The notes under the pieces were generated by a model. The model saw nothing but the letters and a program-made list of their open reading frames with translations. It had not been told where the DNA came from and ran no database searches. A stretch of DNA of 63,262 nucleotides, filler included, from Octopus bimaculoides (Eukaryota): the NCBI RefSeq assembly GCF_001194135.2. It is 4 parts of 4 records of this genome, joined end to end, with 100 filler letters (N's around TTAATTAATTAA, not from the genome) between each part and the next. Parts side by side here need not be neighbours in the genome. Positions count along the whole stretch, not along the records: positions 48,664 to 60,156 come from NC_069004.1; 3 more parts are not named here. One strand, written 5' to 3'. A program made the translations under genes and the position numbers. Shown here piece after piece: positions 48,564 through 59,543 of this stretch (position 1 is the stretch's first letter; every line of letters begins with the position of its first letter).

Positions 48564-49330
48564 NNNNNNNNNNNNNNNNNNNNNNNNNNNNNNNNNNNNN
48601 NNNNNNNTTAATTAATTAANNNNNNNNNNNNNNNNNNNNNNNNNNNNNNNNNNNNNNNNNNNNTAATGTAAATATCGAGAATAACCAGCCAAAATTCCAA
48701 AGATAATCTGGATCTCAACTGAGGAAAGAAAACTCCGAATGGCCCTCCTTGTTTTCTTTGTATCATCTATCTTGATGTTTTTTTGTCCCTTTCTTGTATC
48801 ACCTAACTGCCCGGATGTTTTGCGTTCTTGTTCCATTTTGTATTATTTATATATATATATACATGCATATATATATATATACATGCATGCATATTCTATG
48901 AGCTTCTTTCAGTTTTCATCTACTAAATCCACTCACAAGGCTTTGGTTGGAATTGGGTTATTGTTGAAGACATAGCTTTGCAGAAAAGAGATTTCACATC
49001 TCCTAACAGTATTGTGTACTATTTCATTTAAATATGGATACTAACATGAAGTTAATTTTGGCTCAAATGTGTGTGTTTGTGTGTAAGTTTCTTTGTGTGT
49101 TGGGTTAGGGTGAGAACTGGTGCATTCAAACAGAAATACTTCTCAGTAGTCATAACCGTCTGAATTATCTCCTCTTACGTCAATGCTTTTTTTGCAGTTT
49201 GTATCTTGGCTTAAAAATCTGGTGACAGGTAGTAGAAAATCCAAGCAGTGCAAATGCTGTAATAGATATACTCCAGTCATTGTTAGTAGATAAAAATATC
49301 CTTTTCTAAATATCTGGTTGATATGAGCAT

Positions 49331-49726
49331 ACTCTTTTACTCTTTTACTTGTTTCAGTCATTTGACTGCGGCCATGCTGGAGCACCGCCTTTAGTCGAGC
49401 AAATCGACCCCAGCACTTATTCTTTGTAAGCCTAGTACTTATTCTATCGGTCTCTTTAGCCGAACTGCTAAGTTACAGGGGACGTAAACATACCAGCATC
49501 GGTTGTCAAGCGATGTTGGGGGGACACAGACACAAACATATACACACACATACATATATACGACGGGTTTCTTTCAGTTTCCGTCTACCAAATCCACTCA
49601 CAAGGCTTTGGTCGGCCCGAGGCTATAGTAGAAGACACTTGCCCAAGGTGCCATGCGGTGGGAATGAACCCGGAACCATGTGGTTGGTAAGCAAGCTACT
49701 TACCACACAGCCACTCCTGCGCCTAT
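49331..49726 (-). mobile_element. Full-length tRNA-derived SINE
   Basis: Near-identical to the reverse complement of 20744-21146. Confidence 0.9.
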
Positions 49727-50079
49727 ACAGGTGAAAAACCTCAGCCAAATTAGATATGTAAAGAAAACTATTCCTTTAATGTTTTGATATTAGAATGGAC
49801 AGGTCTATATAGCACAGTGTATTGATATTATACATTCTTGTTTAATATCCCCTGTTAAACACATAAAAATCCTCTTTCCCAAGGCCACACTGTGCTATTG
49901 CCTGACTTTCTAGGAACAGCAGCTAAGCCTCTTCTCAAATCATACCAATTTATCATAGATAATGATGTGCACATTAGACAAGTTGCAACTCAGACTTCTT
50001 GGTTGAACATTTAAGAGGATATGTGTGTTCTTAAGAGATATAACAGCTATAACCAAAAAGACTTGTCGATCCACCTCAT

Positions 50080-50350
50080 GGCTCTAACAAACAAATTGGA
50101 AAAGGCATTACTGTGGAGGACGAAGAGGGAGACATGCTGGAACAGTCACACTGAATCATGGACCTTGCACTTGCCGATGGCCATTTCTGCCTTGATAACA
50201 GGGAGCAGAATATAGTCTGGGAACCAAGAACACTGTAGGTCTCCACTGCCACAGAGAGCAGCTGATGCTTTGACAGTTTACTCTTCTCTGCCTGATGAGC
50301 AGCTAAGCCTGGACTGGCAGCTGAGCACACTAGGTTGCTGCTGGAGAAGG
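50080..50350 (-). mobile_element. CRE-clade-like non-LTR retrotransposon C-terminal fragment
   Basis: AAHQAEKSKLSKHQ...VAVETYSVLG and, after a frameshift, *LFQHVSLFVLHSNAFS. These resemble the AE..K..KY / P.AVET.G / LFQRLS.A.QRGNA restriction-like endonuclease tail. Confidence 0.55.
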
Positions 50351-50487
50351 TGGCCAATCAAAGAACAAAAAGATTGATATAATGAAATGAAACTCTCCAA
50401 AGAAGTGTCTCAACATAACTAGACTGATGATCAAAATTGATAAAAATAAAAGAAATCTAAACCACAACTCCAACGTTTTATTTTTCC

Positions 50488-50867
50488 TTATTTATGCTTT
50501 AAACTGGTGATAATCAAGTAACTGGAGAACATATTGGGGCTGATGAATTTTAGATTGTTCATCTTCAAAACGATTTCATCATTAGTTTCAAATTTGTATC
50601 CAAAAGATAATTGTATTATGGCATGTTCCGGTATATTTAAGGAATTTGTACTTTTCTTCATAAATACATACTCTTTTCCATTATTCTTCTTCTGCAGCAT
50701 CAAGGTAACGATGAATGAAGGAGTACTTGCTTCAATGTACAATTGCACTGCACAGTTTATTTGGTACGTGCCATCTTCAGGTATGATAATATATGTTTTA
50801 TTAACCAATTTAATATTGCCTTCATTCTGGATTTCATTTCTCTTCCAATGTAAATTGGTTACTCCAT
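50488..50867 (-). CDS. TNF-superfamily ligand, terminal exon (TNF homology domain)
   Basis: tctttttcag acceptor, phase 1. (D)GVTNLHWKRNE...IKLVNKTYIIIPEDGTYQINCAVQL...FETNDEIVL...SSYLIITSL* contains the TNF-type W and L.IP.DG.Y.I...V signatures. Confidence 0.85.
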
Positions 50868-50880
50868 CTGAAAAAGACGG

Positions 50881-50882
<2 letters not shown>

Positions 50883-50938
<56 letters not shown>
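50883..50938. repeat. (TAA)n microsatellite
   Basis: Direct sequence; a second tract lies at 51177-51207. Confidence 0.95.
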
Positions 50939-51176
50939 GGTGCCTTAGGTATAATAAAAAAATATTCAGACAAATACATAACAAAAACACCAGGACTTAC
51001 AAATATATATAACATACAGAAAATTGCACTACTGGGCACTGCACACATCCTACGCAAAACACTTTCAATACAGTAACCATAAGAGCATCACAGCAAACCA
51101 CAGCACATACCCAAGGCGCACAGAGCTGCACTCGGTAGTGAAGTGAAAGCACATTATAAAAATAAAGCTACTGAAC
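50939..51176 (+). mobile_element. 5'-truncated Dong/R4-clade retrotransposon inside a (TAA)n array
   Basis: GALGIIKKYSDKYITKTPGLTNIYNIQKIALLGTAHILRKTLSIQ* matches the R4/Dong C-terminal GALG...IQK..LLGTA.ILR motif; (TAA)n on both sides. Confidence 0.85.
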
Positions 51177-51207
<31 letters not shown>

Positions 51208-51310
51208 GGAGCTGATTGCTACCTACCTCAGATACCAGGAAACCCCAAAATGGCAGAAATTCAAAAGATAGTGCTCATGGGAACTGCCCATGTTCTACAT
51301 ACAATAACTG
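51208..51310 (+). mobile_element. Second, divergent Dong/R4 3' fragment
   Basis: GADCYLPQIPGNPKMAEIQKIVLMGTAHVL directly follows the second (TAA)n tract. Confidence 0.75.
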
Positions 51311-52249
51311 TTATAATTTAATTATCCATAGAGTGATATAATAACATTTCAGAATACAAAAATTCCTTCTTCAGATATCGCTAGGAATTGTTCGAGTCAC
51401 TGCTAAAATCAGTTTTCCAAAGGTTACTGAAATTTTTTTTTTTTTTTTTCCCAGAAGCATCTCTGCAGTGGTCTCGTGGAGTTCTTTCTAGAATTCCTCA
51501 TGAGAAGTGTGTCAGGGGCCATGTCTCAAGCTCGTATGTGTTGGCACATCTGCAGCACTACTTCTAATTAATTATTTATAATTAGAATATTATATTTGAT
51601 GGTAGTTTTTAGAATACCATAAACATGCATGAATACATGAAAAATCAGTTACCTTCCTCACCTACTGAGAATTATTTAATTCTTAACAGTTATAGAAGTA
51701 CCAAACATGAAATGCCAACCAATTTAAAGTACTAACTGGTTTAATATATAACTTCCTTATTTATGAAAATAAAATATCTAATGGTAGTTTTTGAGAGACC
51801 ATTTACATGTGTGAACACATGAAAAACCAGTCTCATTTCTTGTATTTAAGAGATGCTGCCTGGAAAATGGATTTGATACAATTCTTCAAAGCAGAGAAAA
51901 CAAAAAGAATTACTAATCTTACAAGCAGTAGCCTTGCTTATAATTTCCCACTCCAGAGGTCCCACTTTTAGGTCCCAAATGAATTTACTGAGGCTGGGAC
52001 TAGAAGACTTGTTGCTATTGTTTAAAGTGTAAATATGGTTAGATATTCATCTCTAGATAAAATTTTGCATTGCTCCTAAGTAAAAGAAATTCTTACTTTC
52101 AGATTTTACTTTACATCTTTAAACAACATTTCTTTGTTTATAATAATTTTTAAACAAACATTTACTTCTAACCTTCCAATCACAAAATATATTTTCATTA
52201 CTACTCGTATTATTCTGTTTTATATTATTACCTTCAGTATGACTGGCTG

Positions 52250-53770
52250 GTATTTGGTATATTACCTACGCTCAAGAGGTTGAGATGGAATTTAATTTGG
52301 GTTGTTTCCCCTTGAACAATAGTCTACTCAAGTTCACATTTCTTGTTACCATATATTCTAAGCACATAACTTTTGTTGCATTTACTACAGTTATAATCAT
52401 CATAAAAATTAGATAATTCTTTTCATTAATTGCAAAGATAATCTGGGACAAATTATTTGATACAGAAAAAGCAACTTTAAAAAGTCTAGGATTAATGATA
52501 TCATAATATCTATTTTCTTTTGTAAAGCATTTAGTAAAAAGTTTGTATAAGACCCCCAACCAAATTATTCTTAATTTGCTTAGTGAATGGAATTATAAAC
52601 CAAATAATATCATTCTTATCTGGAGATGCATTATGATTTTCAAATTTTTGAACCTTATTAAATATGTACAGGGTAAATTTTTTTACTCTATTATTCATAT
52701 TCCTAATTGTATGTGGATAATTAGAAGAACATAGTAATATATCGGTTGTATTTTATATATCATTTTTCTCATTTGGACAAGTAACCTTACTTACCCTATC
52801 CTTATTCTTATCCTTGGCAGTTTGTTTAAAATCTTTACTAACATGAGAAATATCCATGTTATTAGAGATACTGATGTTCTTATTTTTAGGATAATACTTC
52901 TATTTTTGTTTATTCCCAGCTTTGCTGAATGTCACATTATGAAATTCAGCACTTTTGTCAAAAATATCCTTGTTAGATGATAGACTGGAAATTCTTTTAG
53001 AGATACCATAAACAAAAAACTTTTTTACAGAACCGGGATGATTACTTTTGGCATTTATGTACTTAGGTTTGGAGTTAGGCTTATGGTATGACTCAGAGTT
53101 TCCAGTAATGAGATTGAGATTAACATCAAGAAAGTTAACCGATTTATGTTCATTTTTTATCGTTATAGAGAGTCCAAAACTCTTTAAAAATCTGTAAAAT
53201 TTCTTCTTATATAGTTCCAGTTTCCTATTAGATAGGTTCCTAATGGTAAAGAGGGCATCATTTCTATATAAACCTCCTGCAATTTCAGGAAAATCCCTTC
53301 CTAAGATTAAAAGACTATCAAAAGCATCCCTACTATCTATTCTAGTCCAATACTTGTTTTCAAACTCTACAACAGTTCTTCTGGCAGCTGTAATAACATT
53401 AATTTCATTCATATTAATATTCAAGTTTCTTTTCGCGAATAAAAGGGCCTTATTTAAAACTATTTGGTTAATTGATGAGTAATAGCTATCAATGTCTATT
53501 TGTATGAATTTATTCTTACTTTTATATTTAATGCTATTAAACCAATCTAATGCCTCAGAGTTGTAACTTAATCTTTTCTTTAAGAACCGGTATGTATTTA
53601 TCTAAAATAGCTTTACTAAGTTTACCCAGATCAGATTTTCCTGGGCAAATCAATCTTACTTTAGGGTTACTACAAAAATTTTCCTTGTGATCCTTTAAAA
53701 TAATTCTTGGTCCTTTAGGAATGAAAAGTTCAGTGCTGTCATTCAATTTGTAATTGTCCATAATTTGTTT
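52250..53770 (-). mobile_element. Penelope-like element (PLE) remnant
   Basis: LKDHKENF.SNPKVRLI.PGKSDLGKLSK; GLYRNDAL...FGLSITI...VNFLDVNLNL.TG...YHKPN..PKYINAKSNHP...ISKRISSLSS. Confidence 0.88.
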
Positions 53771-54225
53771 AGAAATTAAGTTAATAGTTAATAGTAGTAG
53801 TAGTAGTGCTAGTGATGGTGGTGGTGGTGGTGGTCCTTCATATCTCTAATTACAATTATAGTTGGCCCATGTCTTTCAATATAGTTAACTCATGCTTGTC
53901 ATTTTAATAATATTAAAACTCTAGATGTTTGTTTGTACCCAAAATATCTCAGAAATAGCACATTTTATCTTTTTTTTTTTCATATTTACTTTGATACTTA
54001 CTTAAGGCAGAGCAGTACAAATTTTTGTGATATTTAGACCTCTATTTATTAATGAAAACGATTAACCACAATTTTTGTTTGTTATTTCTTGACAAAAAAA
54101 GAAACATAGCTTCCGTGACATCAACACACATACAGAATACACACACATATAATGAATGTCATGGGGTGTGAATCAACACTAACACACGTATGCTATCTGT
54201 GACATATACATACACATAGTAATCA

Positions 54226-54264
<39 letters not shown>

Positions 54265-54844
54265 ACTCCCTAAGAAAGAAAAGAAAATATTGACTTTCTG
54301 ATGTACACAGTATTTTAATCATTTAGAAATATTTTAAAGTGAATGTGATTTCCAAAATGTAAGCTGTTTGTACAGTATGTATTTATATTTTAGCTTTCTT
54401 TAAACAGACAGTATATCAATATTTTTTATAATTATTTTCAAGTGAATACCATTACAAAATGTTTTTTGAGTGCACTCAACATATCTCAACGTCACATTTG
54501 TTGAAAGCATGCAAAATAACCTGGAGAAGAAAAAAACCCACAAAACAAAACTCCGTTGCTGGGAAACTAAGACTGGCCAGGTGACCTAGTGGGTCACAGG
54601 TAGTCTAATAATATTTAAGTCTATTATGGTAGTATACTTCACCCAAGTGTAATAAATTCCACAATTCTATAACAGCAGGAGTTAACCCAAGTATGTAATA
54701 GTAGTCATTAACACATGTATGTAATGAAAGAATTTTAATTAATACTCTGATAGTAGGAATTAGCTCAACCCTGTAATTATAGTTATTTAAGGGGATAATT
54801 CAAATTATGAGAAGTGTGCAATAAATCTGTATAGATAACCTTAC

Positions 54845-54892
54845 CTGAATCAGTGTAACCACTTGTTTCTAATTGGAAAAAGGCATGGTGAA
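54845..54892 (-). CDS. TNF-like ligand, 48-nt exon: xHHAFFQLETSGYTDS
   Basis: Very strong acceptor (ctttctctctttttcttatctttcag) and CAG|gtaagg donor, phase 1/1. Supplies the first TNF-domain strand in frame with the terminal exon. Confidence 0.85.
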
Positions 54893-55517
54893 CTGAAAGA
54901 TAAGAAAAAGAGAGAAAGCAGATAGTGGGAGGGATATATATTTGAATACAGGTTCAATATCAGGTAAAAGACTAAGGCAGAAGAAAAGGGCACTTCCTGA
55001 TGTATTTCATATATTTCATACTTCAGGTTATCATCTAATAAATAACTATACCACATATCAACTGTTACATAATCATTATTATCATAACGAAAATTTTCTA
55101 CATGGAAGGCAATTATTCACCATTAACGAAAGGGAGCCAAGACTATATAAACATCTATATATTACACCCATCACATTGTAGATTCATGAGCTTTAACATG
55201 TTCAGTTGTATAGTAGCAATGCTGGGACTGATAGTACAATTCTAGTAAATGTGTACAGGAGGCTTCACCCTCTCAAAGTGTCATCTAAAGCCATGGTCCA
55301 GTTAATTATTCTAGACATTTCTTTCACATATTTAATGATGTGGGTATTTTTGCTATTTATTTCTTTAGTATGTCTGATACTTTTCAAATTGAAAGTATTG
55401 TTGCCCGTTTTAAGGTTGTAATATATTGAGGACATGTTTAGAGATTTGATTAGCATTACAATATGTTAGTGTCAGATTTTATTAACACATGAAAAGTAAA
55501 TACTGATAATAACTTAC

Positions 55518-55536
55518 GTTGTTGATGAGGTGGCCG
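55518..55536 (-). CDS. TNF-like ligand, candidate 19-nt micro-exon (RPPHQQ if phase 0)
   Basis: Pyrimidine tract of about 35 nt, caag acceptor, gtaagt donor; converts phase 0 to phase 1 as required. Confidence 0.55.
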
Positions 55537-55792
55537 CTTGCACACATAAAGTCGAAAGAAAAGAAAATGAGAAAAAGAAAATTCAAATAAGATAGTGACT
55601 GGTATTGTTTTGTATTACTTTTATTGTATTACTTTATCATTTAGGATTTGTTACTAACTTGTTACAGTCTTGGTAGAGAGATGATACACTTGTCACTTAG
55701 TTGAATTAGTCATGCAATGAGTGTGTGTGTGTTTAAAAAGCTGTGCCCAATTTGACAATTCTGTAAATGATAATAATGATAATAATAATCTA

Positions 55793-56072
55793 TAAGCTTA
55801 AAGCTTATCAGCGGTCACTCAGTATTGAATAAAGAAAATAATCTAATATAGGCATGCATAAGTCCCCGACAGAAAACAGTGGGTTTTCTACATGTGCACG
55901 GAAAATCCACTTTCTTCTGTTGTAAAGAAAGTAATCTAAAATTGGGGGTGCATAAGCGCTTGACAGAAAAAAAGTGGGTTTTCCATATGTATATGGAAAA
56001 GCCACTTTTTTCTGTGAAGGGCTTCTGTGCCCTAATATTAATTTACTTTCTTTAGTCAATACTTTAAGCTTA
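55793..56072. repeat. Compound fold-back with two tandem hairpins
   Basis: Outer taagcttaaag / ctttaagctta and agtattgaataaagaaa / tttctttagtcaatact inverted repeats; two inner hairpin units centred near 55890 and 55989. Confidence 0.8.
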
Positions 56073-56242
56073 TTATGTATGTGTGTGCGTGTGTGTATAT
56101 GTACATGTATGTGTAATTGTGTGCGTGTATGTGTATGTGTGTGCACGTGTATATGTGTGTGGGTGTGAGTGTATGTGCGTGTATATATTTCATTTTCATT
56201 TTATTTTATCCAGTTTTAGCTCATGAGCTGTGGCCATGCTGG

Positions 56243-56280
<38 letters not shown>

Positions 56281-56460
56281 TATATATAAATATATATATA
56301 AATATAACTCCAACTAAAAACACTTGTCTCCCCTTGCACACACTTCCTGTTTTGACACCANNNNNNNNNNNNNNNNNNNNNNNNNNNNNNNNNNNNNNNN
56401 NNNNNNNNNNNNNNNNNNNNNNNNNNNNNNNNNNNNNNNNNNNNNNNNNNNNNNNNNNNN

Positions 56461-56511
56461 AAGCCTGAAATATAAATGGGTCCGCAAGTCAAAATGTTTG
56501 AAAACCCCTGA
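56461..56511 (-). mobile_element. End of hAT MITE (family of 19295-19591)
   Basis: gggtccgcaagtcaaaatgtttgaaaacccctg; the rest lies in the gap. Confidence 0.7.
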
Positions 56512-56679
56512 TATATATATATCGATACTCACAGACACACACACACACACACACAAACACACATGTTCCTCTACTAATGTGTGTGTATGTATGCATATAT
56601 GTAGGTAGATATGTAGTTAGTAAGGTTTGTAGATAATTAAATAGGTAGACCGACATGAATTTTCAGTGAAATTAAATAC

Positions 56680-57921
56680 CTTAATTAGAATAGCAATAAG
56701 TATTGCTATCATGATAACAACGCAAATAAAAGACAAGATTTGCCATTTATAACGTTTACACCATTGTGTTGTGCGTGGTATCCTTCCTTCATCGGTCAAT
56801 GGAAGATTCACAGAGTCCCTATTTTGACTACATTGTGTGGTGCTGGAACGGCTTCTTTCCTCAACAGGTCTGCTGTCTTCAACATGTGTCGTATTTTGCT
56901 TGTTTGTTTCATCAACTGAAGATTCCTCAGTCGTTTGAGGAGCCACGGGGACTTCATTTTGACGTTGTCCACCAGCAGGTCTCCTATTTCTTTCGGTCGT
57001 TTCAGTAACCCCTAATCCCTCAGATGTCCTATCTTCCTCAGTCGTTTGAGTAGAGACAGAGACTTCATTTTGACGAGTTGCTTGTCTACCNNNNNNNNNN
57101 NNNNNNNNNNNNNNNNNNNNNNNNNNNNNNNNNNNNNNNNNNNNNNNNNNNNNNNNNNNNNNNNNNNNNNNNNNNNNNNNNNNNNNNNNNNNNNNNNNNN
57201 NNNNNNNNNNNNNNNNNNNNNNNNNNNNNNNNNNNNNNNNNNNNNNNNNNNNNNNNNNNNNNNNNNNNNNNNNNNNNNNNNNNNNNNNNNNNNNNNNNNN
57301 NNNNNNNNNNNNNNNNNNNNNNNNNNNNNNNNNNNNNNNNNNNNNNNNNNNNNNNNNNNNNNNNNNNNNNNNNNNNNNNNNNNNNNNNNNNNNNNNNNNN
57401 NNNNNNNNNNNNNNNNNNNNNNNNNNNNNNNNNNNNNNNNNNNNNNNNNNNNNNNNNNNNNNNNCAGCAGGTCTCCTATTTCTTTCGGTCGTTTCAGTAA
57501 CCCCTAATCCCTCAGATGTCCTATCTTCCTCAGTCGTTTGAGTAGAGACAGAGACTTCATTTTGACGAGTTGCTTGTCTACCAGCAGGTCCCCTATTTTC
57601 CTCGGTTGTTTCAGTAAACGGTGGTGGGTCACGTTTCCAATCTTCATTAGTTAATTGCGTACCCACAGTTGTCCCGATTACATCGGTTTCTTGTGTACCA
57701 GCAAGTAGGCTGTCTTCATCAGTTACTTCATCAGACTGAAGTGATTCAACCTTTTTATCTTGATCGGTTTTTTGATTAGGCAGCAACGATGTCGCTTCTG
57801 TGGCCATTTCATCCATGTCTTGATCGGTGTCTTGTACAGTTTCGTCCTGGTCTTCTGTGTGACTGTTGAGACCGTTCCATTTTGAGCTACCCTTCTCATA
57901 ACGTTCGTCTGGTGTGGGCAT
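56680..57921 (-). CDS. TNF-like ligand, first coding exon: long acidic/Thr-rich repeated N-terminus plus transmembrane helix
   Basis: Open from ATG 57921 on both sides of a 374-N gap; 39-aa repeats; basic flank KRYK then WQILSFICVVIMIAILIAILIK. Donor AAG|gtattt chosen for phase compatibility; the exact donor is uncertain. Confidence 0.75.
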
Positions 57922-58195
57922 ATTTGCAAATTTTCAATAACCACGATACTATGTTAGCAAAATTGACTTCTCAGTGAATTTGAACAGATAATTTTCACTC
58001 TGTCTTCTACTTCTTGTCTCCTTCCTTCGTTTGATTTTCTTATGCGCCACTATTTCTTGATCGCCCACGGTTTCTCCCCTTACCACCGTCTCTCTCAGTC
58101 ACCCTGTGTCTCTTACTCTTTCTCTCTGTCACACAACCTCTTTCTGTCACTGTCCCTCTCTACCTCATACAGACACACACACACACACACACACA

Positions 58196-58231
<36 letters not shown>

Positions 58232-58668
58232 TACACACACACACATACGCACACACACGCACACACACACATACGCACACACACATTATGGCCATGAACT
58301 CAATTTCAAACAACCACTTTTTCATTGTAGACATTTACCTGTATGAGATTCAGTAGTTTTTTTTTTCTCATGTCCACTCCCATAAACGATTGTCTCTTCC
58401 TGATTTGCATTTATATAGTAACTTCTCCAAACTCATAAGCTATTTTCTTTCAATCTATAGCAGAGATGGAAATGAAGGGTTACATAAGGGAACGACGCTT
58501 CCCTACTTTTTCAGCACACGAAGGATATTGCTGGTTTATAGCGTCTGGTCCCACCTTCGCAACCTTAGCCATTCGGGCCCAAAAGACGCCTAGTTCCTTT
58601 ATATTCATTTCTATCTATATTCCTCTGTCTCCCTATCTTTGTGTCTGCCATCATCAAATCAAAGATTA

Positions 58669-59050
58669 CAACAACAACAACAAGTTGTTGGCACTCCGTC
58701 GCTTACGACGTTGAGGGTTCCAGTTGATCCGATCAACGGAAACAGCCTGCTCGTGAAATTAACGTGCAAGTGGCTGAGCACTCCACAGACACGTGTACCC
58801 TTAATGTAGTTCTCGGGGATATTCTGCGTGACACAGTGTGACAAGGCTGGCCCCTTTGAAATACAGACACAACAGGAACAGGAAGTAAGAGTGAGAGAAA
58901 GTTGTGGTGAAAGAGTACAGCAGGGTTCGCCACCATCCCCTGCAGGAGCCTCGTGGAGCTTCAGGTGTTTTCGCTCAATAAACACACACAACGGCCGGAC
59001 TGGGAATCGAAACCGCGATCCTATGACCGCGAGTCCGCTGCCCTAACCAC
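58669..59050 (-). mobile_element. SINE (family of 1894-2278), head slightly truncated
   Basis: Near-identical to 1894-2260; (CAA)n tail. Confidence 0.9.
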
Positions 59051-59543
59051 AACAATAAGTATATAGATGTGATCGATCTCAGTATTTAATTGGAATTTAA
59101 AGGTTCAAGGTCCCTAAATTCGTTACAGTTGATTAAATCGATCGCAGTACTTGACTGGTTCTTTATTTTGTATCGATTTCAGAAGTGAAAAAAGTGATTT
59201 ACTAAAATACTTAGAATTATCTCCCTTACACTACAATTTTCACTTTCTTCGATTTCCTTGAAACTTGTCTATGCGGAAATTTTGACTGACGACTGTGGGT
59301 GTTGCAAACCTTTGGTAGCTTTCGGAGTAAGAGATAAAGAGAAAGAGAATTTGCTAAGAAATAGAAGCGAAGTAGAATTTTTAGAATCTGTCCTTGTTTA
59401 TCTTTATACTTTTTATATAAATTTTTTGGGCATGGTTCCATGCTTTTTCTGTTTCTCTTTGTCATCTTAAACTTTTTGTCCCACGCTCCATTTACATTCT
59501 CCAAATAAACTAAACTTGCGTTACATAGTAAATAGACAAAGTT

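Noticed and set aside
50868-51057. Poly-Ile stretch of the 189-aa ORF as a signal or TM segment of the TNF protein
   Set aside because: It is the (TAA)n microsatellite read through an intron; the real exon starts at the AG at 50869-50868.
51590-51840. About 60-bp degenerate direct repeat (atggtagttttt...catgaaaaa)
   Set aside because: Short, diverged and AT-rich, with no associated structure or coding signal.
54950-54971. Extra 22-nt minus-strand exon (TLLPDIEP) with a good acceptor
   Set aside because: Its output phase is incompatible with the 48-nt exon, and the donor is weak.
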